A DNA stretch of 64,000 bases from Chrysomallon squamiferum (lineage: Eukaryota; Animalia; Mollusca): NCBI GenBank assembly GCA_012295275.1, contig CM022672.1:13826001-13890000 (forward strand). Direction: 5' to 3'. The translations under genes were made by a program, and so were the position numbers. The notes beneath the pieces were generated by a model. That model was not told the origin of the DNA and made no database searches. It was given only the letters and a program-made list of their open reading frames with translations. The first letter of the stretch is position 1, and the number at the start of each line of letters is the position of its first letter. This document shows positions 13,303 through 61,953 of the stretch, piece after piece.

Positions 13303-14103
13303 ATTCTGCAAAAAAAAAAAAAAAAAAAAAAAAAGAAAGAAAGAAAAAGAAACAGCAACAACAGGAGAGAAAAAAAAATTAATTAAAATACCCCCCCAGA
13401 AACAACAAAAACAACAAACAAAAATAAAATAAAAAACAAAACAATAAATAAAACTGATAATAGTAATAATAGTAATCCTAGTGGTATATTTGAAGACCTA
13501 GCAACTAATAAGAAATATCCTGATACTGGCAGTGGAAAAACAATAATGATTAAGTAATAAGGATAATTATTTTTGTACATATGGTACCCTGTTCTGTCAT
13601 CATTTGAATTAACTTAGTTTGAATATATCATTACTGTAGTATTTTCAGTGAATCTGGAAATGAAACTAATCTAAATAATTCAATTTAAAAAAAAAATTAA
13701 AAAAAATTACTGATTGTTATTTAAATATTATTATTAATTTTTATTATTCTTATTCGAGAAGAAAAAAGATGCAACAAGAAAAGGTTTATTAACATAAGTA
13801 ACTAACAGCTGGTAATATTTTAAATACATTTTTATTTATTTATTTACTTATTGGAATTATTATTATTATCTTTTTTTTCATGAATATTTGTTTGTACATA
13901 TTTATTTCCATTAAGCAGCATTTTTTTTAATGAAAGGTTGTTTGTTGTTGTCGCATTAGAGTTATTCCCACTTGAAATAAATAAAATAAAAAATCACAAT
14001 AGACTGTCCCACTGCAGTTTACATTCACTATGTTTAAAGGGACGGTGTACAAAATATAATAATTTCTGGATGTGTTTGTTGATAATTTTGATGTTTATAC
14101 GAA

Positions 14104-18663
<4,560 letters not shown>

Positions 18664-21294
18664 TATTTAATGAAATGATTACATTGTAAGAGATTGTGAA
18701 AAATAAAACATAAAGATGTGAGAGGAAAATGTGTTATTAGAAGCACCAAACTATGGATTTCTTTAGTCCAGTAGTAACATCTAACAGAAAAGTGATGGGA
18801 GAAAAAAACCTCATAATAAACATGGAATGGAAATTTATTTATTTATAAGGGTTTTAAAGGGTTTTATAAAATAAGCAAGTATTCATGAGTTAAAAGATAA
18901 AAATGGTTTATGAAAAATGATGCATTTTTTTTTTTTTAAGCCTTTTTCATGAGAAATATGCTATAAATAATTAGAAGGGTAAAAAATGTAAGTTTTTTGC
19001 CTTGTTGGTAGCATATTATTGTTTTATTTCTTGAGGAAATAAAAAAAATGATCTTTTGTTTATGATTATTAAAAATATACACTCGTTAATTTTTATTATT
19101 AAAATAATATTAAACATGACTTAGTTTTGAATGTATTTATATTTATTTGAAACAACATTTCTATATGCAATTAAAATATTTATTTTACATAAATATTAAA
19201 AATGTATGCAAAAATAAGGTTTTTATTAAGTCACACCATACAAAATAAACAATCATGGTATTTACTGTATAACCAAATATGTATAATGTGCACATAATGT
19301 GAATTTATACAAAAAAAATAAAATACAAACAACATTATTTTGTTATTTTTTTAATAAATTATTATTATTATTATTATTATTTTTTTTTTACATTTTAAAA
19401 TGACATGTTAATTATCAGTAAAAATACAGAAACATTTTTTACAGCAAAAGTATCAAAAGACAAATTCTAAGATAATAAACTTTGTATAATTTATTAACAA
19501 AAGTAAAACAGTTTCTATTTCATATTATAAACTCTAAATATAAAACAGTAATGTACATCATCATAAAATCTTTTGTTAATAAATGTGAGTGTTAGGTCAC
19601 TCACCCATTTCATAAAGTATTAAAAAAATCCAGGAGCTAAATTCTTCTCATCATATTTAAAAAAAAACAAATACAAATTTTAAAACCTGTTCCATTCTTA
19701 TACATAACTACATATATAAATATCAGAGGCATGTACTTAATGTTCCATATTATGCATAGTACTGACAATAAAACTTGTGTTCAATATTTATTTTTGGCTA
19801 AATGACTGATGGAAAAGAAAAAAGAGCCAATGAAATACAAAACCAAATGAAACAGCTGGCTAGAAAATATAATTTTTGTGACATTAGTTGTCAAAAAAAA
19901 AAAAAAAGAAAAAAAAAAAGAAGAAATTAAAATAAAAACCAATGGTGATTTCTATAAACATGATCACAGAACTGTCTGGAATGTATTTTAGAATGTTTTG
20001 AATATAGCAACAACAATTTGTCCATTTTACAAAAAAAAATTAGTGTAGAAAATTCATTATGTACAAAAATAGTTTTCTTCAGTAATTTCTTCTTGTAAAA
20101 AAAAAAAAAAAAAAAATATGTCAGTGCAATAGTTTTTACATTAAAACTTTTAATCTCATGTAATAAAACACTACAGGCTTAACTATATTTTATTCCTATT
20201 CACATAATGTATTCATATTAATAATATTTTCAGAAATGTTATTAATTTATAAAATCTTTATAGTTACTCCCAGTTAATATGCAGTGCATAAACATCCCCA
20301 CCCATCAATCAAGACCATGTGCACTTGTTTTGTGAATTATAAACTTAGAGAATATTATTAAATGGTTATTTATAATTCAACAAGTGAAAGATGCAGCTAA
20401 AGCACAATGGTTTTTGTAAAGCTTATTTAAATTTTACCGAGTTCAAAGGCACCTACTTCATACCGCAAGCCATCGTCCTCTTTTTTTTTAGCATTTCTAA
20501 GGTCAATAAATCTGAAGTCCAGTGTCTTAAAAAACGTTCTGAGTAAACCTGGCTGCATTAGATAATGGTTAATTTTTCATTTTTTTCATTTATATGTTTG
20601 GTCATTAATATATAGCTTTTTTTTTAAAATTATTATTATTATTTTATAAAATTTTATAGTGACATTTTAATAATTTTTAAATTATTATTATTATTTTAAA
20701 TTTTTTTTGGTTAAGATTAGATATTTACATATATAAAAAATATAAAAATAAAACTGAAAAAATAAAAAAATTAAATACTTTGTCCTAACAAAACATCAAC
20801 CCTCAGCATTCCACCAGTCTATTTTATTATTTAATACCAGCTTGCTCTGTTTGTGTTTAATTTTAATTACTTAATTATTGCTTGTTTTTATCACATTATC
20901 TTTATTTATAATTTTTTTTTAATTATCTAATCACTGCTTGCTCCATATTTAATATATTTTTTTGGACTCAAATTATTTAATGCTTGTTTGCTTTAACACA
21001 ATACCTGCTGGTTCTATTGCTCCTTGCTTGCTTTCCCAAACATTATATATACATATATATATATATATACTGATTCTAAGGGAACACATTTTATTAAAAC
21101 ATATATAAAAAACTGCCCAAAACTTCCCTGATCTTCTATTGCACACTGAACCATCTAAACAATGCTTGGGATTAATACTGACCAGATTTCATCAATAAAT
21201 TCACAAGACAGTTCCACTCTTTTATGAGCAATGACACTTTAAATATAAAAAAATGTTTTTAGCAATGGTGTTATGTGCTTATATATCCAAGATA

Positions 21295-23357
<2,063 letters not shown>

Positions 23358-23376
23358 GATGAATGCACTATGTTTC

Positions 23377-23390
23377 GTTACTAAGGAAAA
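23377..23390. promoter_or_regulatory. Putative RFX X-box just upstream of the MORN5 ATG
   Basis: GTTACTAAGGAAAA is a near match to the X-box consensus GTTNCYNNGGNAAC and lies about 20 bp from the start codon of a gene with ciliary associations. Confidence 0.35.
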
Positions 23391-24329
23391 AACAAGAGCA
23401 ATAACTCTATTTTGTAAATAATTCTTTTTTTTTTCCTCTCCCATTTTACATGTATTACAGAGCTCTTTATACAACGTTTCAGCTCCATTTATATCCCATA
23501 AAGACATGACAAAAAGATTTACTAAAATTATGCAGATTTTGAAAACAATATTAATAAACTGGAATAGACGAAAATAATAATTATAAAAAGCTGACAGTGA
23601 CTTGTAATTATTTATTGTAATCGTAGAGTACTAAAATGAATGAATGAATGAATGAATGAATAATAATAATAATAAAGATAAAAAAAGAAAGAAGGAAAGA
23701 AAGAAAAAAGAAAAAAAATAAGAACATAATTTAAAGGATTCATAACATAAAGTTACACACCTACGAAATAAAATTATTTTAATTACATAAACATTACTGT
23801 GCGGTGTATACCGAATTATAAAATTGTCTAATTACTATAATATATAAATTACATTACAAAAAAAAAATTACACAAACAGTGTATTAATTCGTTACAGCGA
23901 ACTGAAATAAAAACTCTTCTGCAATGATGTCACAATCGATTTGACTAATCTATATGCAAGGGGAACATTTAAATAAAGAAGCCTGAAGAACACAACTCTA
24001 GATTAAAAGAGTACATCAGATGGTTTAACTGATATTTAATTACATTTTAGATTCGACATATGCTATTGAAAATTAATTGCAACTGGAACAAAATAGTATT
24101 ATATAACAATAATTTCAAACAGATAACTGGCCTCATTCAGATATTACAGTTAAAATCTAAGACTTTATCTATCCAATATCAATGACTGTTCGATCACGTG
24201 ACACCTAGGTGCGGGCTCCTGGATGCATTATTCAGGTCACTTAGATACGGAAACTAAATATTTAGTAATCTATCCTGTGTAAACAGCAATCTCTTGCTTT
24301 GAGAGAAAGAGAGAGAGAGAGAGAAAAAA

Positions 24330-25327
24330 ATGTATTCTGACATATACAGACACGTGTTTTTCGCTCTGTTCTGTGCCGTCGCTGTTGATGTAGTATTGGC
24401 GGAAAGTTTTCTTTCAGTGAAAGGCTTACACCTATCCTTTAATAACGAAAGGGTTTTTCTGTCTGGAATGAACCAGGCCTGGGTACACTATGGACAAGAT
24501 TTCGGCAATGGCAATTACTTATTGTCTCGTCCTGCGCTTATCAGGACCCTTGATGTTATAAATAAAGCTGGCGGGAATTCCATGAGTGAGTTTATTATTT
24601 ACCTTTGGTGGTGAGATAAGTGGATTAAAAATGTTATTTACACTTTCTGGTGATTATTTTATCGGGGTGTGGTGATCAGTGATTTGACGATAACAAAGTA
24701 TGCCATTAAAAAGCTAATGCTACTAAACATTTGAACGTCGATATTTCATCTCGTTGCCCCTGGTGTCGTGATGTCATCGCGTTATGGTTGACTGAAACCT
24801 GTGTAAGTTTCTTTTTACACCTGTGGTGAAGTAAAAAAGCAAACAACAAAAAAAAAATTTCCTTCTTCTTTTTATATATATATATATATCAACATTTTCC
24901 GAGGTGGCATAGAAACAGCATTTACTTGAGAAATAGAAACCCCAATATGAAATATTACTAATGGAAGATTACATAAGGAGTTCATGAATTGTGAGAGAAA
25001 AGAAGTAAATGCTGTTGTATTAAAATATTCTAAACTGCTGCCAATCGGTCCGCCATGTACACAGTGACGTCACGACTACAGAAAAAAAACGTGTTATCAG
25101 ATAATTTTCAACTGTATTCTTGTTCTTATTTTTACTAAGACGGGTCAGCAAAGTAATACCATCACCCCTATAGTTGTTATTATAGGTATTACTGTTATAT
25201 TCTTGCTATTATTATTATCATCATCATAATTATTGTTATTGTTGTTGTTGTTGTTGTTCCTTCTGTTGTTGTCGTTGTCTGTGTTCCTTACTGTTTTTCT
25301 TTTTTTTGTTATTGTTATTGTTATTAT

Positions 25328-25403
<76 letters not shown>

Positions 25404-25660
25404 ATATTTATTTATTTGTTTTTTTTTGATTTTAGGAATCTGGCTTCACGTTGAGGGTCAGTCAACACCATTGTTTGATAACAATGGCTACGTAACTGGT
25501 CTAGACTCGGACATTATCAGCGATCTAAAAGATTTTCTTTATGAAGCACGAATACGAAACATTATCATCAATGTGGCTCTTTGGAATTTTGCAGTTCCCC
25601 TAAGTATTACTATTATTGTTGTTGTTCTTCTTCTTCTTGTTGCTATTAGTGATGGTATTA

Positions 25661-25715
<55 letters not shown>

Positions 25716-26846
25716 GTGTCATGTGTCGTGTAAATGTGTGTATATGTGTGTGCCTAAACATTTTCTCTCGTTCTATACAAAAACTCAGCTACACACACAT
25801 ACATACACACGGACGTACACGCACAACATGATAACAACAGACGAACATACTGATATTTGTATGTATACTTGTCTCTTTCATAACTACACACTGTTTCTAT
25901 AATTATTAATGCAGGTGAACGTCTGCATGGTTTAGTGTACAACTCTAGCAAACTTGAGTCTTACATCACAAACGCTCTTTGGCCCATGGTACTGGCACTG
26001 AAAGACGAGCCCGCTCTGGGTATATGGGAAATAATGAATGAGCCTGAAGGCTGCGTGGCAATAGGTATAGTTACTATTAGTTACACTATTATGACCACCG
26101 CCTCTACAACTACTACTGCTGTTGTACCACTTACCTCTACAGCACAACTACTGCTACTACAACTAATAACCGTTAATATTAAAATTATAATGATTTCAAG
26201 ATAATTAATTATTCGACAACTGAAGGTTGTGCTATTTGAATTTATTTTTAAGCACTCAATTATATATATTACTACCATTACTACGTCTACTACTGCTACT
26301 ATTACAGCTATTACTACGTTTTTAGTACTATTATTACTACATCAGCTGTTACTGATATTGCAGCATCTGATATTGCTATTACCATTACATTTTAAAAACT
26401 GTTAAGACCCTCAGATAATGTATAGCAGTTAAAAGGATTACAGTGTCAGACTAACTTTATTTTTTTAGCTCGACATTCCAGTGACCTCTGTCTGGACACA
26501 TCCACCCTTCACATCCTAGATTTTGCGGACTGGACATTCAGCAGCATTCCGCTGCAACATATATTATATTTTATAGCCCGTCAGGCAAGTGCAATACACA
26601 GAGCTGATCCAAAGGTAAATCTTTCGAATTATTATCATCATTATTATCATGATGATGATTATTATTATTATTATTGTTATTATTATTATTATTGTTATTA
26701 TTATCATTATCATGATGATTATTATTATTATTATTATTGTTATTATTATTGTTATTGTTATTATTATTGTTATTGTTATTGTTATTATTATTATTATTGT
26801 TATTGTTATTATTATTATTATTATTGTTATTATTATCATTATCATG

Positions 26847-26894
<48 letters not shown>

Positions 26895-27285
26895 GACTGT
26901 GTGACTCTTGGACCCAGGTTGGGATAGTAACAACTTCGTACTACGTAACACATAAAATATATACTGTGTTTATTGATTGTTATTCAGGAACAAAATCAAA
27001 CATTACACTTAAATTAAACATTCTCGTACATGTATTAGATGGCAGGAAGCCATATTATTTTATTTTATTTCGTAATGCCTCCAAGACATTTTTCAAATAC
27101 GATGATACGATGTTATGCGAACCGTTAAGATTCGCGTGACATTACTAATAGAAGATTCTTGTTATCGGTCATGCATACATAGGCAAAGCGTTTATCTATG
27201 AAGATCAGTAAACAGAGTATGAATATTTATATCTTTCATTTTATTTAACTTTGTCTTTCATATTTTTTTGTCATAATCATCATCT

Positions 27286-27317
<32 letters not shown>

Positions 27318-28381
27318 GTTGTTGTTGTTGTTGTTGTTATTGTTATTATTGTTATTTGACAGGCGCTAGTAACGGTGGGAGCCTGGACATACAAAACTAT
27401 AACAAACAATCTTGGCAGACGCAATTTCTACTCTGACAAGTGTCTGGAAAGTATTTATCATGACCCGGCCTCACATCTTGATCTGTACCAAATTCATACG
27501 TATGACAGGTTAGGAGTGTACAGTCGTTACGATCCTTTCAAGGTAATTTGAATGCAGGTGGAAAATATCTATCTCTCTGTCTGTCTGTCTGTCGATCTAT
27601 ACACATATATACATAAATACGCACATGTATGTTCATGCACATACATGTATAAATAAATGTATGTTAATTATGCATGCATAATAATTAACATAAATACCTA
27701 CATATACTCACATACATATATATACCTGTCAAAGACTTTACACTTTTGTATTTTTCGATATTAACAGTTGTCACGTGTCAGATTCATGTAATGGTTTTTA
27801 GAAATGATGAGGAATAAATAAGCTGTATAATTTACACAAAATCGTTTCCACGTGTAATTAATCGAATTACTTAAAGTTCACTATGTAAGATGACATTGTA
27901 CTCTTCGATATGTCGCCGAAAATTATTAAACAGAATTACCGACAGAGGAAAATTATACCCTATAACATTCATTCCAGGTTAATTCCTTTGTTTAATCTAG
28001 TATTTTAGAAAAAAAAATGATTTGTACATTTAACTTTGTAGGTTGAAGCTTCTTTATACAAGTTAGACAAACCAGTTATAATTGGAGAATTCAGTTCAAA
28101 ACGAGGCGGAGGGATGTCGTCCCCAGCTCAGTTCGAATGGGGTTATTACCATGGTTACAGCGGCACGTGGTCGTGGTGCGCTCTGGACGGCGACTCGGCC
28201 TCTGACAGCGTCAGCGTTCAGGAGCGCGGGATGTCTGCCCTGAAAGGTCTGAACAACCAGACGGCAGGCGGCAGAGTCAATTTCATTATTACAAATAAAA
28301 CCTCTTCAGATTTCTTCTCATGGGCACTTTACACTGACTTTCAGTTTCTCTGGAGGAGATTGTATAATTTCATAACCCAGT

Positions 28382-28383
<2 letters not shown>
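24330..28383 (+). CDS. Secreted endo-beta-1,4-mannanase, glycoside hydrolase family 5 subfamily 10-like, about 413 aa
   Basis: Exons 24330-24585, 25436-25603, 25915-26064, 26469-26614, 27363-27542, 28042-28383 join in phase (1242 nt). Signal peptide, FLSGMNQAWVHYGQDFG, GGNSMRIWLHVEG, acid/base WEIMNEPEG, YQIHTY, nucleophile KPVIIGEFS and GYSGTWSW, as in molluscan Man5A enzymes. Confidence 0.93.
26628..26893. repeat. Compound (ATT/GTT/ATC)n trinucleotide microsatellite
   Basis: About 265 bp of ATT-based triplets with recurring attatcattatcatgat blocks. It is the source of the poly-I and poly-N ORFs in the track. Confidence 0.9.
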
Positions 28384-28422
<39 letters not shown>

Positions 28423-28646
28423 ACAACATCAACCGTCTTACCTCATGAATAAACTGCACACATGTAAAAACAGTTTTATGATTTTTAGAAATTAAATTAA
28501 GTGATCGACTAATGCGATTTCGGAGCAGATTTTATATGTTTTATATTTGAGTATATTACTGGACCCTGACCACAGTTCATTAAAGCTTGGCTGTACCAGC
28601 ATGAGCTCATTACAAATATGTTTTTAAAGATTTTGCCCGTATTTTT

Positions 28647-28850
28647 TTCTCATATGGAAGTTCTCTAAAGATGGGTGACTGGATGATCTCATACAGCAAT
28701 TCTCTAAAGATGGGTGACTAGATGATCTCATACAGCAGTTCTCTAAAGACGGGTGACTGGATGATCTCATACAGCAATTCTCTAAAGATGGGTGACTGGA
28801 TGATCTCATACAGCAATTCTCTAAAGATGGGTGACTGGATGATCTCATAC
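28647..28850. repeat. Minisatellite, 39-bp unit, about 5 near-identical copies
   Basis: Unit ttctctaaagatgggtgactggatgatctcatacagcaa repeats at about 28661, 28700, 28739, 28778 and 28817 with no spacers. Confidence 0.95.
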
Positions 28851-29362
28851 TATAGTTTTCAAAAAATGACAGTAATTTAATTCAGTGACAATGCTACAAT
28901 TATAGTAATAAAAATATATATCTTTGAACAGTATTTAAAATTTTTATAATTGTCCTTATTAGAAATATTTTTTCATGGATAACGTAGGTGTAGGTAAACT
29001 TGTATGCATTTATAAATGTTTCTGTTGTGGAAGAAAAACAAAAGGAAGCGAAGAAGATTATTTTTGAAACCCTGATAATCATAACTTCGATGATTTTCGA
29101 TTAGCTGTAAGTGTTATTTTAACTGAACTATTCTATGAACAGAACACACACTCAAACATACACACACACCCACACGCACGCACGCACATACACACCCACA
29201 CGCACGCACATAAAGCACGGCAGTTAACAAACAGACGAAGTGAAGCATCAAGGAAGACTGATGTTGCGGCCAAGTCTCGACTTGAAACAGCACTGTAATT
29301 TCAACCATAAAGCTGAAAACTACTGAAGCTAAATAGAAAACGTATAACACGCAAACATACGC

Positions 29363-29405
<43 letters not shown>

Positions 29406-29492
29406 AATAAAATAAAATAAAATATAATAAGGATAAAATAAAGAGAATAAATAAAATAATATTAATAAAAAAAAATTAATAAATAAATAAAT

Positions 29493-29562
<70 letters not shown>

Positions 29563-30629
29563 TGTATGTATGTATGTATATATTATAAGGGAACAAAAAA
29601 CAAACATATATAAAACTTCGTGGGAAAACAGAAATTCTGTTCAGTGATTATTTATAACAAACAAACAAACAAACAAACACATAAAATTAAAATTCTAGGC
29701 TATGCGCGATGCTTCGCTTTCTCTCTCACGAAACCTGTATAATTAGTTATCTGCTACAGGAAGCTCTGGCCACGCGAATTAAATAGCTCGTGCACGTGCA
29801 TAAAGTGAAACTGGTGACATACTTTACGTCGTGTGCCGAGGCCACTGATCGCAATGACAGGTAAAAGCACATTACTACATGACACTTTATTTTCTTCTTT
29901 GATATCCTCTACAGGGCGTATTTTTGTATATTCATATCACTGGGGGGAAAAAAAACCCTCAAATTGTATCCCTGTGCATTTTTTAAACTTTCAAATAATA
30001 TTTACATTCTCGGGTCTCAACATCTGATTTTGAAATGTCGACCATTTTATACACGGTAATTGTGACGAGTTACATTACATTACAGGTATTTGTTTTTATT
30101 TATTTATTTATTTATTATGCAGGCGCCTTTCGAATATATATTCGTTGTTGTTAAACATTTTATTTTTATCTTTAACGTAGTTGCCTTTCTGCTATTTACC
30201 TTGAATACGAAAATCAGAAAACAGTCTTCCTTCGTTACTCTGATGTGATCATAAAAAAATATATATAAAAATCCGTCACGTGATCAGTAGAGGGCGTCGT
30301 AGGGGTAATTACGTACCAAACATATTATTAGAGGAAACAAACTGGCGTTATCAGTGGGCTACTTACCTTCACGATTAACAGCAAAGGATCTTTAATATGC
30401 ACCTACTGAAAAACGAGAAACTATTTACGAAGGTCTTTGTCAAAACATGCTTTGAGTATAGACCAGTATCCTCTGGCGAAAAACGGGTTTTATTTTCAAA
30501 TTTAAGATTTCTACTTAAAAACTGTTTGGTTCTGATGCATTTTGTTTTATTATTATTACTATTACTATTATTATTATTATTTTTTTATTTTTTTTTATTT
30601 TTTATGTTTCCTGATATCAAATGTGTAAA

Positions 30630-30800
30630 CATTTTTCTTTCATTGACGACAGCATTCTTTCCATATCCAGTGGGAAAAACGGCGAAAGTATTTCTGAAAT
30701 TTAAAATGAAACAACCAGCAACCAACTCGTTGTTCCGTATTTCGAAACTGAAACAAACGTTCTTCAAGGACACAGCGAGGTCCTTCGTCATATCAAGCAC
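30630..30800 (-). mobile_element. Degenerate RecQ-like SF2 helicase N-terminal fragment, probably a transposon remnant
   Basis: Minus-strand ORF 30585-30800 contains FRNTFAVFPTGYGK, matching RecQ helicase motif I (DVFAVLPTGYGKS). No downstream DEAH motif is present. Confidence 0.45.
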
Positions 30801-31302
30801 ATTTACTATATTAAGACGACCCCGTTGCGTGCGTCGCGCTATAAAGATATCACGTGTTAATCAGGTGACCTAGCAAGATTAGCTCTAATCTCTGAGTACA
30901 GTCTGCATTACCGGTGTTTGAGACGGTGGGTGTTACTGATAGAACGTACGACCAGTGTGAAATCCAGAAGTTTTTATGCATTTGATTTATATATGTCCAT
31001 ATTGAAATTACTCTAGGAATTTACTTAGTACGGCAACGAAATTCTGTTGCGTTCTCATGTCATTATAAAGTTATAAGAAACAGACTTGATACGTTATTAA
31101 AGAAATAAAATGCATTTTGCCATGTACGTAAATGCTGAAGTAAATGAGCAACCGAAACAAACTCCATTCTGTTTTAGGGATCCGGAGAATACGGTAAATT
31201 TCTTTCTCCTGAAACCACTTTATTCAGATTTATTAATTTTATTTTTATATTTCCAAATTTTCAATTCAGTTTGTTTTATGAAACATGCATCCTTTTGTTT
31301 TC

Positions 31303-31362
<60 letters not shown>

Positions 31363-31542
31363 TGGACACAAATGCTCCAATAACAATAATAGTGGTTATA
31401 TAACGTCAAACATAATGGTTCATTTTTTTTTTTTTTTTTTTTTTTTTAAAAGGATGAATGAAAAAATAAATAAAGAAAGAAACATTTACATTATAAATAA
31501 GGTACAAGGAATTATTTATGAATCTGTATTACACTTTCAGAC

Positions 31543-35915
<4,373 letters not shown>

Positions 35916-36777
35916 CTGACATAATTAGTGCACGTGCTATAGGATGTTTTCGTTCAAATAAATGTGACTGCAAAACGTTTTTACTTTTTCGATCTGTGTT
36001 TCTGCCGAATTTATGCATTTCATTGTTTATGAAATTCCATCCGTTACAGAATCTGTCACAGACAAAAAAAAAAAAAAAAAAAAAAAAATCAAAAAATGAA
36101 AACTTCATAACCTTTCATCCGAGTTCTCGACATAAACAACTGCAGGGTACAAGTGAAAATTTCTTATCATAGAAGTAGAATTTACAGTATACCTGTCCCA
36201 TATATCATATTCCATAAATAGTCCACCGTGTTGTGTGAAATTCTTTCGTTTTGACGACATAAACAGAAATGGTTAAACCGAGAATGTGCTAATGCATTGT
36301 GGTTGATGTCAATACAGTAAACTCTACGCCTTATATACAAACATACACGTACGCATACACTAATGGCATGCAGAGGTCTGATGATGTCCGGGGCCAGCTC
36401 CTTTATTGTATGCCCCAAAGACTCGAGTATAAGGCCTTAGTACTGAGAAATATTATGAGAAAGGAAGATATACTGAATATGTAAACACAGATTAAATATA
36501 AAATAAATATTTTATTCGATTTAAATATAAATCAACCATATTTATTAAGTTCTTTTCTCTGATTGGATAGCGAGGGCTACTGCCCCTTCGGCCCCCCTCC
36601 CCTATCTGCACACACAAGTAAACAGGCACGCATATATGTGTGTGTGTATGCCTGGTTGCTTGTTCGTGCGTTCGTATATATGTGTATGAACATGTTCAAG
36701 TAAAACTCGAGGACATTAATTGTGTTGAATGTTATTTATTTTATACAAAATACAGTTTTATTTGATTCACAGTTTTG

Positions 36778-61883
<25,106 letters not shown>

Positions 61884-61945
61884 GTTTCTTTAGTCTTGTT
61901 TCAAACTGGTTTTTTGTTTTTTTCTTTTGAATTTTTTTCCCCAAG

Positions 61946-61953
61946 TTTATATA
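61946..61953 (-). promoter_or_regulatory. Putative TATA box of the C3-like gene
   Basis: Minus-strand TATATAAA about 65 bp upstream of the signal-peptide ATG (61883), with an Inr-like CCAGTTT near 61905-61910. Such motifs are common in AT-rich DNA. Confidence 0.35.

Noticed and set aside
26896-26930. Possible extra mannanase exon (CVTLGPRLG)
   Set aside because: In the required phase 0 it reads ACT GTG TGA (stop). The exon at 27363 supplies the conserved ALVTVGAW in phase.
26564-26953. Poly-I, poly-N, poly-L, poly-Y and poly-IY ORFs here and throughout the track
   Set aside because: They are translations of (ATT)n, (AT)n, (CT)n and (GT)n microsatellites in introns, with no domain content.
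28668-28682. gatgggtgac similarity to the 5S rRNA internal promoter box C
   Set aside because: Only about 10 nt match, and no other 5S sequence or structure is present.
28647-28850. 39-bp repeat as a CRISPR array
   Set aside because: Units are contiguous with no unique spacers, there are no cas genes, and the context is intron-rich eukaryotic DNA.
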